A stretch of DNA of 64,000 nt from Lingula anatina (GCA_051362555.1 CM120641.1:3534001-3598000), one strand, 5' to 3'; positions 55,401-64,000 are shown, numbered from the stretch's first letter. Numbers and translations: made by a program. Notes: generated by a model not told the origin, from the letters alone.

Positions 55401-58400
55401 AACCAGGCTATTTGTGTTGCCTTGGCATTTGTTGTGTTTAAAGCTTATTAACAATGCCTGATAACAGTAACTGGTTGTGAATATGATATGACAAATATAC
55501 CTACACTGTTTGAAAAAAGGGCAAAAAAATAGTATGGTGTGTTACTATGTAGAGCTCAAAGGACATGATGAGATAAGTAGCTGAAGCCTGTTGTGAAAAC
55601 TACCCTTTTGGTAGCAACAGGGTCTGGACAGGTGGAAAATGCTGCAAGAACTTTTCCAAAGAAGGTGTTTTTTATTTTCTAGGATTAGAAAATGCTTTTT
55701 AGTTAGGTGTTGTAAATATAGTAAGATTGTTCTCTTTTTATTTTTATCCAAGCGTGTGTATAAAATGTTTAATTCTCTCTCCTGCATGTTACGATAGACA
55801 CAGAATCTGTACACGAAGAGTCCTTAATTGCGACAGTTGACGACAGGCGTCCTGTCAAACAAATGTCAACGGAGTCCGAAGAAGAGCGGGAACGAGAGAA
55901 GAAAAAGGAAGCATATCTTGAACTTATTAATTTACTCAATGATACAGAGGCAGCTTTACAACCTGATGATGTTAAATTTGACTCCTATGAAGGTTAGGTG
56001 CTGTGCCTGGATATGATATTAATACTACAACTGTAGTATTGCACTTTCAGTATTAGTATTCCTAATGTGGTAACGTTTTGATTTATTTTCTCTAGATCTT
56101 GAATGTTTATTAATCCACTTGAATGTTTTGATGCCTGTTTTCTCTTCCCACGGCCAAGGCTAACTGACCCAACGCAGCCACGTTTGCCTGCTACAGTCAC
56201 TTCAATATGGGGGTAAAACGAGAATGTCCACACATTGTTTCTATTTTTGGCAAATACTAATGAAGGAAAACACTATTATATGAATGATTTTGTCAAAGTG
56301 ATCTGAGGAAGTCAAAGCATTTGATGAAACTGCTTTTATACTGTTTCAAATAAATTGAAGTCACAATAAACGGGTCGTTGCTTATGTACACAGTTTTGAT
56401 ACCGAAAATTTAAAAGTCGTTCCATATTGATGTGACCCATAATCCAATTTTTTTATTTCAAATTTTACTTGGTTGCATGTTGGAAGATACATTTGTAAAA
56501 TGTGTATGTTTTACCACATGTGTTTGTATTATTTGACAAGTTTTGCGTGCCTAATATGAATTGTTCTTTGTGAATTTTTTAAACTTGTGCACTTTTGATA
56601 TAGTAAAAAGGATAGATTATTAAGAGCATGAAGTGTTGAAGGAACAGAAGATGTCTTAGTTGACATTGTTTGAGCATGTTAACTTAGAGTTGTAGTGTAG
56701 CTGTTCAGTAGAAGTTTAGTAATTTTTTTTTATTCTAGGACAGAATGTGTGCATGAAGAGTTATTAAAGGCAGATTGTTTTACCCCATGCCCAACCATCA
56801 TCTTCCCTCAATCACAATGAAGTTTGTGTTAAACATCAGACATTCCTTAATGCAGTCAAAATAAAGCTTAAACTTGATGCTTTCAGGCAGAAAAAGTATA
56901 CACATTTTATTTACCTCCCTCCATTTACCTTTAATTGAAAATGTTAATTGGTATTTCCCACTTAGACCTTTGCTATCTATACATGTCAATTAAACCAGTG
57001 TATTATAGATATATTGATATCAACATGAAAACCCAGCTTGGTTTTTCCCGTGGTTAAGGGGAAATTGTCCAACTTACCAAATCCCCCCTTTTTTTATGTT
57101 TAACAGCTTTTATGAATGTTGCATGCTTAAATTTTTGGTGCATGTTTTCTTAACAGTTATAAAATTTTTTGGTGTCAGTTGATATGTAAACGGTAAAGCA
57201 TAAATGGAATTTTACATGAAATAATTTGTTTTTCCTTCACAATATCACCAGTGTGATTATTCTTTGGGATAAAGTGTGTGCTGAACGCTATCACTTGCTT
57301 TCACTTGAACAAAATCGTGTTTGTTACAGTAATTGTGCGTTTTCTAAGCACACATTTCTCTCTGTATCTTGTCCTGTCTTCCTTTTTATTGTAAAAAAAA
57401 ATGTCTTCTATATATATATGCATCTGGTTGTGGGGTTTGAGGTGACAGTGCTTACACTAATGCTTTTGCAGACTCCCCTCAAGTGGATGAGGACACAATA
57501 GAGAAAAGAGACCGTCAGGAAGCGGTTGAAGATCTCATTGATAAAATGAACCAGCTCGATACAGAGGCTCAGCCTTCTCCCGAGTCTGAGAGCTCTATGA
57601 TTATACATGAGGATAAAGGTATACTAACTGTCAGTGCTTCTCGCTTCAGTGTGGCATTGGTATTTAGAAGAAACTACATTGAAATGCATTTCAAATGGAT
57701 GGTTTAATATATTCATATATGTATACATGTATTGCAACTTTTTAAGTCAAAGCTTGAACTGGAATGCATTTTAATGAAGTTTAATTATATTTGGTATGTA
57801 TTAATTTGCTTTTGGTTCATTCACTTCTCAACCCTCACGAAAAAGTCCTATAGGATCCTACAGGAAATTGGCCCATTTTCCTGTAGGATCCTATGAGATC
57901 TTATAGGATCCTACGGGACTTTTTCATTAGGGAATGCATAACTCGATTTAGTCAGCAACTCTTGTCTTTTAAATCCTATATACATATGTATTGGTAAATG
58001 CATGCTGCTGTTGATCTTTTAAGAGCTGTATACTCTTACTTTTGCTTATATGATCCTTGCTACAAAATGAGATCTGTGCTACTTCATTGCTCAATTCTGC
58101 TTTATTTTATACAAGTCATATTGTTATTCCTGTATAATTGAAAATGACATGTGTTATAAGGCATGGATATATTTGAAGGATGTGACTTGTAGTTTTGAAT
58201 AATTTTGCCAAAAATGCTTATTGTTTGTGCTAAGTCTTAAGCTTCGTTCACATGGAATGTCTATTTTCTAAAAATCTATTTTCTATTCGCGCTATCTTAT
58301 GATCACGGTCTGTGCACTGAATATCCCGCCGCGTAATTACTGGCAGCGCGAGCCAGTTACTTATAGTAACTTATTGTAACTGGCTCGCGCTGTCAGTAAT

Positions 58401-59291
58401 TACGCCACGGGATATTCAGGGCACATACCGTGATCATAAGACATACCGCGAATAGAAAATAGAATTTAGAAAATAGACATTGCATGTGAATGAAGCCTTG
58501 TTCTGCTTTGCCTTACACATTTAAGGTCTTATAAAACTTTTATAAATCTCTTTTATAAATCAAAAAGGACTTTGAGTTAGTGCTATTTGTAAACAGCTAT
58601 CTTACAATCCAGATTATTGTTTTGAACTTTTTCAAAATTAATTTTATCCAAATATTTTTTCCCTTCAGATCATAATTGTATTCTGAACCAATGATTTCCC
58701 ATAATTCAGTTCACACTGGTATCAAAACTATTTCTATACTTGTGTAAAGATATCTTTCAAGAAAAAAAAAGGAATTCCAGTCTTTGTTTTAAATTTAAAA
58801 CATGGTGCATTTATGTTTCATTTTAGCACTTGTACCCGTTCATATCACATATATGTATATAATCTTTAGGTTGTAAGAGTGAGCTTTGAATGTGATAATC
58901 CACTTATTCAGTGCTACATATAAACAGTGTAACATAGCCGACTGATATGGATGTGTTATTTATTTTGCTGTCACAAAAGGCATTTAAACTTCATGTGCAT
59001 ATGGAAGTGATGGTGAATTGTATTATTTTGATCTCCCGTGCTTAATGACTAGCTGCTTTGTTGTACCCCTATTGCATGTTTTTTTCTGCCCTGCTCCTTG
59101 CAGATGAGGACAGCGAGAAAGCCCTGGATCTTGAAGGTGAACTGAAAACTCCTCCACCAAGTCCCACCGAGAAATCTTCAGGTACATACATCAACTACTA
59201 ACTCAAGCATGTGTCTTGTTTGCAGTGACTAACATACAACTCCCTAGTGATTGTGTGCATTCTGTAACTTACCCGTGCTGGCTGTCATACC

Positions 59292-59344
<53 letters not shown>

Positions 59345-62300
59345 ACTTTTTCAGTGTCAAGTGTCTTAATTATCAGATATAAGGGACCAAGTTAATTTGA
59401 AAATGTGGCTTTTTTTGTGCCATGTATCCCTCTGTACCTCCCCCAGGACAGTGTAGTGTATCTTATTTTATTTTGTATTTCTTTCAGAAAAACCAATCAA
59501 TGAACCTGATGTCCTCTTCATTTCTTCATTGGTTGGGTCGATCGCTGTATTAATTTTTCAACTCCTCATTTTCTTTCTAACGTCTTTATTTAACAGTGGG
59601 GTCCTTCAACAGGATTAACTGGTGGAGCACCCTGGTGGCCATGAAGCTCTTTTTCGTAAATGCTGCTGGCATTGTTATTGTGTTTTGTGTTTGTTGCTGC
59701 AGTAATTTATCCCTGCCGGCTTAGCCACGTTTTAAATGGAAAAGAGGCCAAGATGGCAGATGGCAATGAAAAAAAAAAGGGCCCAAAATATTTACATGTA
59801 AATCACTCTTTTTTGCTTTTTAGGTTGTATACTTGTTTGTGTCATTTGTTTGTCATTCAGTTTATCATTGCTTTGTATTTCATCAACTTTTTTTTTCATG
59901 TAAAATACAATTTAAAATCTCATCACAAGTCTTTCTATATTGAATTAATATTTTTGTCATTGGAGGTTGCGACAGTCAATATATTCATGACAATTACAAG
60001 AGTAGGATAATCCATAACATTTCTCAACTTTCATCTAGTATATGTTAACTAGCCAAGTCAGTGGATGGACCCCATGGATTTTTGAAGCTAAACCACTAGG
60101 AATGACTAGATATTTTTGCACTACACTATAGGAAGTCAATCCTTGCTAAAAACTAGCCTTTTTATTCGGATGTAAAAGTCCTTTATTTATGGTGTAACTC
60201 TTTCACCATTTAGTATAGGTTACGTGCGGGAATGACTAGGATTTTGCAAAAATAAATAAATAAATAAATAATAAAAAAAAAGAAGCCTCTGGCCTGTTGG
60301 TACTGGGTAATAAGAAAACTGGGATATATTCTTCGGGTTCTGGAATCCAGTTAAAGCAATAATAACTCTTCGTTTCGGCCAAAAAATGAATTTTCCTGGA
60401 GTAAACAACAATTTTCCCATACTTACCAATGGTTAATGAATCCATTTTTACATTCAAAGTAAGTCCCTGGTTTTTTTCTAAAAAGTTTGGTTTTTTGTTA
60501 AAATCTCTTAAGAGATTTTAACAGAGTATAGACATCAATGGAGGTCACGTGGTCTAAAGACAAGTTCAAATATCAGAATAAAAGCTATAACTGCTGTTTT
60601 TGTGGTAAAACAGAATATATTGTATTTCTATGAGTTATTCACAAGGTTTTTATTGTGAAATATAGGTCTCATACAAAGAGTTATTATGCCTTTAACTTCT
60701 CAAGTAATATGTGGAGTGAATGTTTGGTCATTTCCAGATCTTTTTCCTAATGGCTGTGTCAGAGCATTTTGCATGGAACTAACCTCCAATTCATGTCATT
60801 CACCATTGCATCTCATCTTTATGTTCATTGTAATATGGTGTAGGGTACTGTGTAACATTCACCATCACTAATATGTTTAACTCCTGTCACAGTATGGTTT
60901 ATATATATTTATATTTAGTGAAATCTTATTATATTACTATCCCATCACCAGGGATGCATGGGAACTAGCTGCTTACTCAGATGCTTAGTCTGCTTAGTCA
61001 CATCACATGCTCATTCATCTCTCCCTCTACTTCCTTGTGCCTACCTGGTAGACGCCAAAGAATCCACACCTAGTAGTGAAGAGTTTGAGGAATACGAAGA
61101 AATTTGGGATGGCACCAAGTGGGTGCGGGTTAGAAAGCAGAGTCCAACAGGTAGTAGTACACAGTGTTGTTAGTGTATGGAGCTGGCAGACAGCATGTAC
61201 AGCTTACTCTCTCATCGTGACAGTCAACCTCAGCATGTTTTTTTTTCTTTTATAACCTCCCATGATCCACCAGTCAAGATGTCTGACCTGATATGTTGGA
61301 ATTGTATTGTTGTACTTCTGTACACTTAGTGTAGAATTTATTTCAAATATTTTCTTTGAAGTCTTTTAATTGTATCATTTCCCTTTTTCACTAAATTTGA
61401 CAAAAAGCATGTTAGTATGATTGTATTGGTGATCCACACTATCTTAAAGCAAGGAATTAATCAAGATTTAACAAACCTTGCCTCTTATTACATGGCATTG
61501 CTCCCTAGTTCTTGTTTCACTCAAGTTGATGTTATGCTCAAAACAGCTTTCTCATGTAACCCTTTTTTTTTATTTTTGCACTGAGTCATTCTGAATTTAT
61601 TAGCAATCATTGAAGCCAAAACGTTCCCTTGAAGCCGTTTTGTGGCAATAGCCCATCAATCTTTATTTAATTTTACAGATAATTCAAACAGTAGCTCTCA
61701 AAATTAAAGACTCCCTTATCTATCTATCTATACCATTTGGACTAATGGATTATTGTTTTTTTGCTGAAGGTTTAAAAGTAAATTATGGCATGTTGCTTAA
61801 AGTTAGCATAAGCATGATATTTTTTAGAAATTCAACTTCAACTTGGACTGTGGCAGAGATCTGAAATTGTCTAGTCAGAATCTTTTCCTGAGAGCAGAAC
61901 TCATGCTCGTCAGTAGTAGAGTGATTAGTCTTTGCACCATGTGTCAACACCTGAATAGCTGTGTGTGGGGTTTTTGAAAAGCACTGGTCAGTTTTTGTCT
62001 TTTCCTCACAAGTAGCACATAGGTGTTAGTTTTCAGCAATTTTCCTTCTTAAATCTTGGCTTTCTTTACATCTCTTTAGGTGTAAAATGTTTTGTAACCA
62101 TTCGGTGGAATATGTGTGTTTTAATATCCCTCAATTTTAACTTTTTTTCAGCTTAGGGTTTCCCCTGTAATACCACCAGCTGACTTACACAGCTCTTTTT
62201 AAAGCTTCTATAAAATTCTTGTCAGTCGTATTATTATGATTATTATGTTGTGTAGTTCTTGGTTGTAATGGTATAATGTTCTGACTTGTAATATAACTGA

Positions 62301-63535
62301 CTGTTGTGGCTACTTTTATCCATTTTGGAAGATTTTGTTTCAGTAAGTGACCCTGTACATTTTTTAAGGCACAGGCATAGAAAAAAGGTTGCCTTAAAAC
62401 TTGTGACTATAGAAAGACAAATCAGCAATCAGCGCTATAAATGCTTTGTACATGCCTGAGAACTTCCATACATTTGTGTTCCTGAATGATAGAAATTATT
62501 ATATATTTTTATGCTAATTGATTACAATGAGATATGTTATCTGAATCTTTCTGGAATATCTGTTAAAATATATTTGAAGTGATAAAAGATAATTCTCTAA
62601 AGAGTTGGCTCAGTTAGTTTCTGAAACATTTATACATTGCATGCTTTAACCTCACTACACATATTAACACAGGAAAATCATGCTTTTTCAAAGTTTGTAG
62701 GTGTGTTTCACATTATAAATGTAAGGTTTATGTTACCAGAAGAATAAACTGGGAAGTGGAGAATCTAGGGTTAAGAGAACAATAATTGGTCATTCTAAAA
62801 AGGAAAAAAAATCCAGTGATCTTATTGGAAAATGTTTGTTCCCTTCTAGAACCTCCGGCTGAACATGTCCCAGAGGAAGTGGCGGCCCGCTTGGCCACAT
62901 CTGAACAGTGGACTTCCCAGGACGAAATGCTGGACCTTACCACTGAAGAACCACAGAAAGGTATGAGATCATAAACCCAACTTTATGGTAGGAAAATGTT
63001 TAGAACAAGACTTTGGGAGCATTTACTTGTGTTTATTGTAAAATTTGACCACCAGGGTTCACCATCTTGATGACTAAGAGTATTTCTTAAACCATAAACT
63101 GGCTTGAAATCTATTTCAATTTTAGGTACATTTTGAATTTTTTGTTGGTATGATTATAGCCTGCAGCCAATGAAACACAAGTAAATGAACTGTAGACTGG
63201 GTGTTAGATATAGATAGAAGTACAGATGTTCAAGAAGCAGTAGAACTTAACTAGATGCATTGTATATGTGTAGTTTAAACTGTAGAATTCAAAACAAAAT
63301 GGAGCTGCTATTTTCTTAGAAGTTTTGTGGTATAGAATGATTGAATAATCTTTTAAAATAATGAATATGTAACTTATTTTGAATTTGATAGATAATTGGT
63401 AGGTTTTTGTTTTATAAAATGCATTCATGAATACGGATATTTTATATAGATATAACTTCAAGGTATTTCTCTTTTCCTGGGCCATTCCATGTACTCTGCC
63501 CAGTTACTGAAGGTCCATCAGCAGATGGAGATTAA
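16829..63535 (+). CDS. ANK2: Canonical ankyrin (ankyrin-2/unc-44-like), multi-exon gene span: 24 ANK repeats, ZU5-ZU5-UPA, death domain, acidic C-terminal tail; start codon lies in upstream alternative first exon(s)
   Basis: Chain of GT-AG exons with compatible phases; hallmark peptides [64 protein letters not shown], death domain DWVILAQQL. Symbol indicates the family, not strict 1:1 orthology. Confidence 0.97.
20132..20320. mobile_element. Imperfect inverted repeat enclosing a possible Penelope-like retroelement fragment
   Basis: About 45-bp diverged inverted arms; minus-strand CTGAAGA-A-GGCCT-N8-AGGCT-AAAAC resembles a decayed minimal hammerhead. Confidence 0.35.
20457..20555 (+). CDS. 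ANK2: Ankyrin exon, ANK repeat 2
   Basis: 99 nt, [14 protein letters not shown]...DAATK, AG/GT bounded. Confidence 0.96.
20626..20792. repeat. Degenerate minisatellite, about 22-bp unit containing GTGCCTGTGGTAC
   Basis: Repeated gcctgtggtac/tgacc motifs. Confidence 0.75.
22799..23035. repeat. Tandem duplication, about 117-bp unit x2
   Basis: aaatgcatcagtaatttattc at 22804 and 22921; near-identical copies. Confidence 0.9.
23508..23606 (+). CDS. ANK2: Ankyrin exon, ANK repeat 3
   Basis: 99 nt, [14 protein letters not shown]...NVQSQ. Confidence 0.96.
25151..25670. mobile_element. MITE-like non-autonomous DNA transposon
   Basis: TIRs ACCCCGTTCACACTAC / GTAGTGTGAATGGGGT; CpG-rich interior unlike flanks; no transposase ORF. 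Confidence 0.75.
26022..26284. repeat. Perfect 57-bp inverted repeat with about 150-bp spacer
   Basis: 26022-26078 is the reverse complement of 26228-26284. Confidence 0.9.
27291..27389 (+). CDS. ANK2: Ankyrin exon, ANK repeat 4
   Basis: 99 nt, [13 protein letters not shown]...IATE. Confidence 0.96.
28792..28851. repeat. (TTGTA)n microsatellite abutting a splice acceptor
   Basis: About 12 perfect units. Confidence 0.95.
28860..29045 (+). CDS. ANK2: Ankyrin exon, ANK repeats 5-6
   Basis: 186 nt, [14 protein letters not shown]...[16 protein letters not shown]...GVSK. Confidence 0.96.
30671..30697 (+). CDS. Candidate 27-nt microexon (YIHGVNDLQ) between ANK repeats 6 and 7
   Basis: ctatctctttcaatag| 9 sense codons |gtttct; phase 0-0; donor is weak. 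Confidence 0.35.
30858..30956 (+). CDS. ANK2: Ankyrin exon, ANK repeat 7
   Basis: 99 nt, [14 protein letters not shown]...NFKAR. Confidence 0.96.
31432..31629 (+). CDS. ANK2: Ankyrin exon, ANK repeats 8-9
   Basis: 198 nt, [13 protein letters not shown]...SAKTK. Confidence 0.96.
31861..32058 (+). CDS. ANK2: Ankyrin exon, ANK repeats 10-11
   Basis: 198 nt, [14 protein letters not shown]...NSRAL. Confidence 0.96.
32223..32321 (+). CDS. ANK2: Ankyrin exon, ANK repeat 12
   Basis: 99 nt, [17 protein letters not shown]...EATTE. Confidence 0.96.
32532..32729 (+). CDS. ANK2: Ankyrin exon, ANK repeats 13-14
   Basis: 198 nt, [14 protein letters not shown]...DAKAR. Confidence 0.96.
33007..33204 (+). 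CDS. ANK2: Ankyrin exon, ANK repeats 15-16
   Basis: 198 nt, [14 protein letters not shown]...DVQTK. Confidence 0.96.
33827..34024 (+). CDS. ANK2: Ankyrin exon, ANK repeats 17-18
   Basis: 198 nt, [14 protein letters not shown]...HATAK. Confidence 0.96.
34387..34485 (+). CDS. ANK2: Ankyrin exon, ANK repeat 19
   Basis: 99 nt, [18 protein letters not shown]...NAESK. Confidence 0.96.
34975..35073 (+). CDS. ANK2: ANK repeat 20, variant exon a ([33 protein letters not shown])
   Basis: 99 nt, gtag| ... |gtaagt, phase 0-0; not in the ORF track. Confidence 0.9.
35221..35319 (+). CDS. ANK2: ANK repeat 20, variant exon b ([33 protein letters not shown])
   Basis: 99 nt, ttcag| ... |gtaagt, TACTAAC branch point at 35176-35182. 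Confidence 0.9.
35709..35737 (+). promoter_or_regulatory. Putative intronic docking site for competing RNA base pairing
   Basis: CCCATCTTCTCTACTCCATCGCCAGCTCC is complementary to both 35139-35156 and 35369-35392 (pairing worked out by hand). Confidence 0.6.
35833..35931 (+). CDS. ANK2: ANK repeat 20, variant exon c ([33 protein letters not shown])
   Basis: 99 nt, ctcctccag| ... |gtaagt, TACTAAC branch point at 35790-35796. Confidence 0.9.
35969..36052. repeat. 28-bp tandem repeat x3 (TGACACAATGTGGGTGTGCAGATTGTCA)
   Basis: Three perfect head-to-tail copies. Confidence 0.95.
37530..37628 (+). CDS. ANK2: Ankyrin exon, ANK repeat 21
   Basis: 99 nt, [19 protein letters not shown]...DPTTK. Confidence 0.96.
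38038..38235 (+). CDS. ANK2: Ankyrin exon, ANK repeats 22-23
   Basis: 198 nt, [14 protein letters not shown]...NAVTN. Confidence 0.96.
38579..38765 (+). CDS. ANK2: Ankyrin exon, ANK repeat 24 plus start of linker
   Basis: 187 nt, [22 protein letters not shown]...[17 protein letters not shown], phase 0-1. Confidence 0.95.
40851..40958 (+). CDS. ANK2: Linker cassette exon ([35 protein letters not shown])
   Basis: ccccccag| 108 nt open |gtaagt, phase 1-1. Confidence 0.8.
41204..41221 (+). CDS. Candidate 18-nt microexon (xGRKNK)
   Basis: tttacag|CTGGAAGAAAAAATAAAG|gtaagg, phase 1-1, open. Confidence 0.55.
41418..41503 (+). CDS. ANK2: Linker exon ([28 protein letters not shown])
   Basis: 86 nt, phase 1-0, needed to restore phase to the following exons. 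Confidence 0.88.
43740..44147 (+). CDS. ANK2: Linker exon, 136 aa, Pro/Ser/Tyr-rich ([17 protein letters not shown]...YPNGGQ)
   Basis: cctag| 408 nt open |gtaaac, phase 0-0; overlaps ORF 43818-44279. Confidence 0.85.
44508..44677 (+). CDS. ANK2: Linker exon ([10 protein letters not shown]...[16 protein letters not shown])
   Basis: 170 nt, phase 0-2; DNV...P...G motif precedes ZU5. Confidence 0.9.
45190..45207 (+). CDS. ANK2: 18-nt microexon (KLKWKN) immediately before ZU5-N
   Basis: ACTAAC plus long pyrimidine tract, cacag|AAAGCTGAAGTGGAAAAA|gtaagt, phase 2-2. Confidence 0.75.
46576..46637. repeat. (ATATT)n microsatellite
   Basis: Direct reading. Confidence 0.9.
46891..47115 (+). CDS. ANK2: ZU5-N (spectrin-binding) exon
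   Basis: 225 nt, [21 protein letters not shown]...GTKFLG, phase 2-2. Confidence 0.97.
47390..47544 (+). CDS. ANK2: ZU5-N exon (alternative in-frame donor at 47550)
   Basis: [14 protein letters not shown]...ALGGSFE, phase 2-1. Confidence 0.92.
49122..49333 (+). CDS. ANK2: ZU5-N/ZU5-C exon
   Basis: 212 nt, [20 protein letters not shown]...KIKVGLQ, phase 1-0. Confidence 0.96.
49863..50067 (+). CDS. ANK2: ZU5-C exon
   Basis: 205 nt, AQPIPPD...[10 protein letters not shown]...LRLLCSIT, phase 0-1. Confidence 0.96.
50762..50806 (+). CDS. Candidate 45-nt cassette exon ([15 protein letters not shown])
   Basis: CTAAC plus pyrimidine tract, caag| 45 nt open |gtattt, phase 1-1; AAG acceptor is less common. 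Confidence 0.5.
51635..51646 (+). CDS. Candidate 12-nt microexon (GGDY)
   Basis: T-rich tract, tcag|GCGGAGATTATG|gtgaca, phase 1-1. Confidence 0.4.
51978..52074 (+). CDS. ANK2: ZU5-C exon
   Basis: 97 nt, [33 protein letters not shown], phase 1-2. Confidence 0.96.
52228..52456 (+). CDS. ANK2: ZU5-C end/UPA exon
   Basis: 229 nt, FWLMDC...[16 protein letters not shown]...KDVE, phase 2-0. Confidence 0.96.
52699..52950 (+). CDS. ANK2: UPA exon
   Basis: 252 nt, [17 protein letters not shown]...[13 protein letters not shown], phase 0-0. Confidence 0.96.
53107..53185 (+). CDS. ANK2: UPA-death domain linker exon ([26 protein letters not shown])
   Basis: 79 nt, phase 0-1, needed for phase continuity. 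Confidence 0.88.
53424..53627 (+). CDS. ANK2: Death domain exon 1
   Basis: 204 nt, [21 protein letters not shown]...[10 protein letters not shown], phase 1-1. Confidence 0.94.
53776..53904 (+). CDS. ANK2: Death domain exon 2
   Basis: 129 nt, [25 protein letters not shown]...LDQS, phase 1-1. Confidence 0.94.
54253..54353 (+). CDS. ANK2: Tail exon ([16 protein letters not shown]...DEQDIVK)
   Basis: 101 nt, phase 1-0. Confidence 0.9.
54609..54641 (+). CDS. Candidate 33-nt cassette exon ([11 protein letters not shown])
   Basis: tttttgttaacag| 11 codons |gtgaga, phase 0-0. Confidence 0.6.
55195..55261 (+). CDS. ANK2: Tail exon ([22 protein letters not shown])
   Basis: 67 nt, phase 0-1. Confidence 0.88.
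55798..55992 (+). CDS. ANK2: Tail exon (DTESVHEES...[19 protein letters not shown]...DSYE)
   Basis: 195 nt, phase 1-1; a second in-frame acceptor lies 6 nt downstream. Confidence 0.82.
57472..57618 (+). CDS. ANK2: Tail exon (DSPQVDEDT...[19 protein letters not shown]...HEDK)
   Basis: 147 nt, phase 1-1. Confidence 0.82.
57832..57932. mobile_element. Tiny palindromic MITE-like element
   Basis: Termini CCCTCACGAAAAAGTCC / GGACTTTTTCATTAGGG, internal TAGGATCCTA repeats, possible AA target duplication. Confidence 0.65.
58240..58497. mobile_element. Foldback/MITE-like near-perfect palindrome, about 258 bp
   Basis: Arms pair along almost the whole length (GCTTCGTTCACATG...CATGTGAATGAAGC); CpG-rich. 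Confidence 0.8.
59104..59181 (+). CDS. ANK2: Tail exon ([26 protein letters not shown])
   Basis: 78 nt, phase 1-1. Confidence 0.85.
59295..59343. repeat. (TTA)n microsatellite
   Basis: Direct reading. Confidence 0.9.
59488..59618 (+). CDS. Candidate alternative last exon encoding a hydrophobic C-terminal helix ([43 protein letters not shown])
   Basis: Strong acceptor ttttgtatttctttcag, phase 1, 43 sense codons to TAA. Confidence 0.45.
61052..61150 (+). CDS. ANK2: Tail exon ([33 protein letters not shown])
   Basis: 99 nt, phase 1-1. Confidence 0.8.
62850..62960 (+). CDS. ANK2: Tail exon ([37 protein letters not shown])
   Basis: 111 nt, phase 1-1. Confidence 0.83.
63504..63535 (+). CDS. Candidate last coding exon ([10 protein letters not shown])
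   Basis: ctctgcccag| phase 1, TAA at 63533-63535, AATAAA at 63841; the gene may also continue beyond the window. Confidence 0.5.
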
Positions 63536-64000
63536 ACAGTTTGTCCGTACCCACATGAAATACCTAACAATGCTAACTGCTTCTTTAGCTTTTATTGAGC
63601 TTAACATTACTAGTGCTCATCCTGGCCTTGTTTGAGATAACAATGGATTTTGTTTGCATTGTTGATATGCATTTAAAAAAAAAGCAGAGTTGTTTGATTT
63701 GAAATTGTTATTGGGTTGTTATTTTCTATACTAACTCTGTGTGATGCAAAATTTAAACTACACAAGCATAAAAATATTCTGAATATTTGTCTGACTTGAA
63801 CATGAAGAATAATGGATGCAAAATGATATATTTGCATGAAAATAAAAATTTGGCATTACATGTGCATCAAAAATATATTTTGCAGCAGTAAACTATTTGA
63901 AAATTACATATTCTAGACAAACCCAGTGCTGATATGCGGTTTTGTGCCATTTATTGCTGAAAACTGCAATTTAGAATGGCTTTGTTTGCATGAAATATAA

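Noticed and set aside
59660-60010. ORF starting with a hydrophobic [16 protein letters not shown], like a small-ankyrin-1 first exon
   Set aside because: The most plausible donor (59797) is phase 0 and cannot join the phase-1 downstream exons
63167-63195. Another possible last exon (ANETQVNEL*)
   Set aside because: Poor pyrimidine tract with a competing AG upstream; insufficient support

Overview
Eukaryotic (animal, AT-rich, probably invertebrate bilaterian) genomic DNA occupied by one intron-rich canonical ankyrin gene on the + strand (co-orthologue of vertebrate ANK1/2/3, fly Ank2, worm unc-44). By hand I traced GT-AG exons with consistent reading phases encoding 24 ANK repeats, a linker, ZU5-ZU5-UPA, a death domain and an acidic tail. 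The notable biology is in the splicing architecture. (1) Three tandem paralogous 99-nt exons (34975-35073, 35221-35319, 35833-35931) each encode ANK repeat 20 and look like a mutually exclusive cluster. (2) Their introns hold a pyrimidine-rich element (35709-35737) that can base-pair with either of two purine-rich elements downstream of variants a and b, a competing docking-site/selector layout. (3) About six candidate alternative phase-0 first exons lie in the first 14 kb. (4) There are several in-frame microexons. (5) The tail is an array of symmetric cassette exons, one with a LIR-like motif, plus a candidate alternative last exon encoding a C-terminal transmembrane helix. Introns also contain MITE-like inverted repeats, a possible Penelope/hammerhead relic and microsatellites. 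All splicing calls come from sequence inspection only, with no transcript data.
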